Both the position numbers and the translations under genes were made by a program. DNA of 63,898 nucleotides, filler included, from Octopus bimaculoides (Eukaryota): assembly GCF_001194135.2 (NCBI RefSeq). It is 6 parts of 5 records of this genome, joined end to end, with 100 filler letters (N's around TTAATTAATTAA, not from the genome) between each part and the next. Parts side by side here need not be neighbours in the genome. Positions count along the whole stretch, not along the records: positions 62,368 to 63,898 come from NW_026437041.1; 5 more parts are not named here. The stretch is one strand, 5' to 3'. This document shows positions 62,268 to 63,898 of this stretch, one piece after another. Position 1 is the stretch's first letter. The number at the start of each line of letters is the position of its first letter. The notes under the pieces were generated by a model that saw nothing but the letters and a program-made list of their open reading frames with translations, was not told where the DNA came from and searched no databases.

Positions 62268-62367
62268 NNNNNNNNNNNNNNNNNNNNNNNNNNNNNNNNN
62301 NNNNNNNNNNNTTAATTAATTAANNNNNNNNNNNNNNNNNNNNNNNNNNNNNNNNNNNNNNNNNNNN
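62268..62367. other. Artificial scaffold spacer
   Basis: 44N-TTAATTAATTAA-44N. Confidence 0.95.
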
Positions 62368-62633
62368 ATATATATATATATGCATACATACATACACACA
62401 CACATGTATATGACGTTTTTAATCAATTTTTATGAAGTCAAAACAATGAATAGAGGTCGATGGCTTGTAGGTTTACCTTGTATCTCAATATTTCAGGGTC
62501 GGGACCCCTTCTTCAGAGAATCTTCAGAAATGGTATTGTTAGCTGACTTCTCTAAATATTGAAAATTGAAAAAGAAAACAAGGTAAACGTACTTAGTGAC
62601 ACAGAGGGCGGACCTGCTTATGCGAATGCTTCT

Positions 62634-62852
62634 TAGTAATCCTTTCTAGGGGCACAAGGCCTGAAATTTGGTGGGGGATGGGGTTAAGTCGAATACATCG
62701 ACCCAGTGTTTCACTGGTACTTAATTTACCGACCCCGAAAGGATAAAATGCAAAGTCGACCTGGGTGGAATTTGAACTCAGAACGTGTAAGACGGGCGAA
62801 ATGCTGCTATGTATTTCGCCCGATGTGTTAACGATTCGGCCAGTTCGCTGCC
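62634..62852 (-). mobile_element. SINE family B, full length
   Basis: Reverse of the family B modules. Confidence 0.9.
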
Positions 62853-62972
62853 TTATGATGCCTTTTGTTAATATTACGGAGACCATCTTGGGTGAACTTC
62901 TGGGAGACAGCTCAACATTACACATGTACATACAGTATTTCTCTGTCAACTGTCTCCCTTTCTGTTTGTCTG

Positions 62973-63013
<41 letters not shown>

Positions 63014-63058
63014 ATACAAATACATACATACATACATACATACATACATACATACGTA

Positions 63059-63094
<36 letters not shown>

Positions 63095-63766
63095 AATGTA
63101 TGTATATTTAGGTATGTGTGGCATGTCTATTTGTTTGAACATAGTCGTAAGCATGCTATGCCGTTCGTATTTTATATTTACTTATAAATCAAATGATTCA
63201 ACTCGAAACAGGAATGCCGTGTCACTCACTTTCTTGGCCATCGGATTTTGTTAAGCGATAAACTTAAAGCGATTTGAAGAAGAGATAATAATAGATAATA
63301 TTTACTGGTGTGGTAAACCTGCCTTGTGAGAATAAACTATACGAATATGACAGACTTGAAATAATTGTATAAAATCTTTAGATATAAATCTACAAGTAAT
63401 TTCCTTCCAGTCTGATCCACGAAAGAAAGAAAGTGGATTTCATGGGGCATAACTTACTCTACGCTCAACTGGTGTCTCAAACCGAAGTGGCTTTGACATC
63501 CTAGGTATCTTGGCTCTGGGATGCCTTGACCATACAGGAAGGTGCAGGTAAACCATAAGCAACAGCAGAAACTGTGATAGTAGAGGGATATCCAGGAGTT
63601 AGGGGACGCAACACTTGCGTAAGGAACGGGAATGGGTCGTCTCTGAAGAGCTTCTGCTGTCAACTCACCCTGAACTACACCTACGCCAGTTTAACACGGG
63701 TGTTTGATTTAAATAAAATAAAAACAAACCAAGGCCGTGTTAAGTGAATCACTAATAATTCTTTTA

Positions 63767-63890
63767 TTCTTTTACTTGTTTCAGTCAGTTTTGACTGTGG
63801 CCATGCCGGAGCACCGCCTTTTAGTCGAAGAAATCGACCCCAGGAATTACTTTTTGTAAGCTTGGTACTCAGGGAGACAAACACACACAC
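63767..63890 (-). mobile_element. SINE family A distal segment
   Basis: TCTTTTACTTGTTTCAGTC..GGCCATGCCGGAGCACCGCC..AGTCGA. Confidence 0.85.
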
Positions 63891-63898
63891 ACACACAC

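Overview
Eukaryotic, AT-rich, repeat-saturated DNA. The SINE families and microsatellite load look like an Octopus genome (probably O. bimaculoides; recognised from memory, not from a search). The window is not one continuous locus: five identical 100-nt spacers (44 N + TTAATTAATTAA + 44 N) join six separate scaffolds (1-18278, 18379-46871, 46972-51201, 51302-60204, 60305-62267, 62368-63898). I recognise no host protein-coding gene, rRNA, true tRNA or CRISPR array, and most track ORFs are microsatellite or N-gap artefacts. Retroelements: a near-complete Neptune-type Penelope-like element (PLE; RT plus GIY-YIG), two fragments of a second PLE lineage, three or four R4/Dong LINE fragments (two embedded in (TAA)n), a Tx1/L1 ORF1 open up to a scaffold end, a Tx1 ORF2 piece, and about 45 SINE or non-autonomous copies from five families (my labels A-E). 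DNA transposons: hAT, Tigger/pogo, piggyBac-type and MULE remnants, including a TSD-bounded hAT element that carries a TSD-bounded solo LTR. The top finding is SINE family C: a tRNA-like head, an internal (AAT)n tract and a 3' region whose three-copy consensus folds as a minimal, Penelope-type dimeric hammerhead ribozyme, with a fold-back 5' end. It is a candidate Penelope-mobilised, ribozyme-bearing SINE. A second, unrelated hammerhead lies at about 20.5 kb. Repeat boundaries are read by eye and approximate unless a TSD is given.
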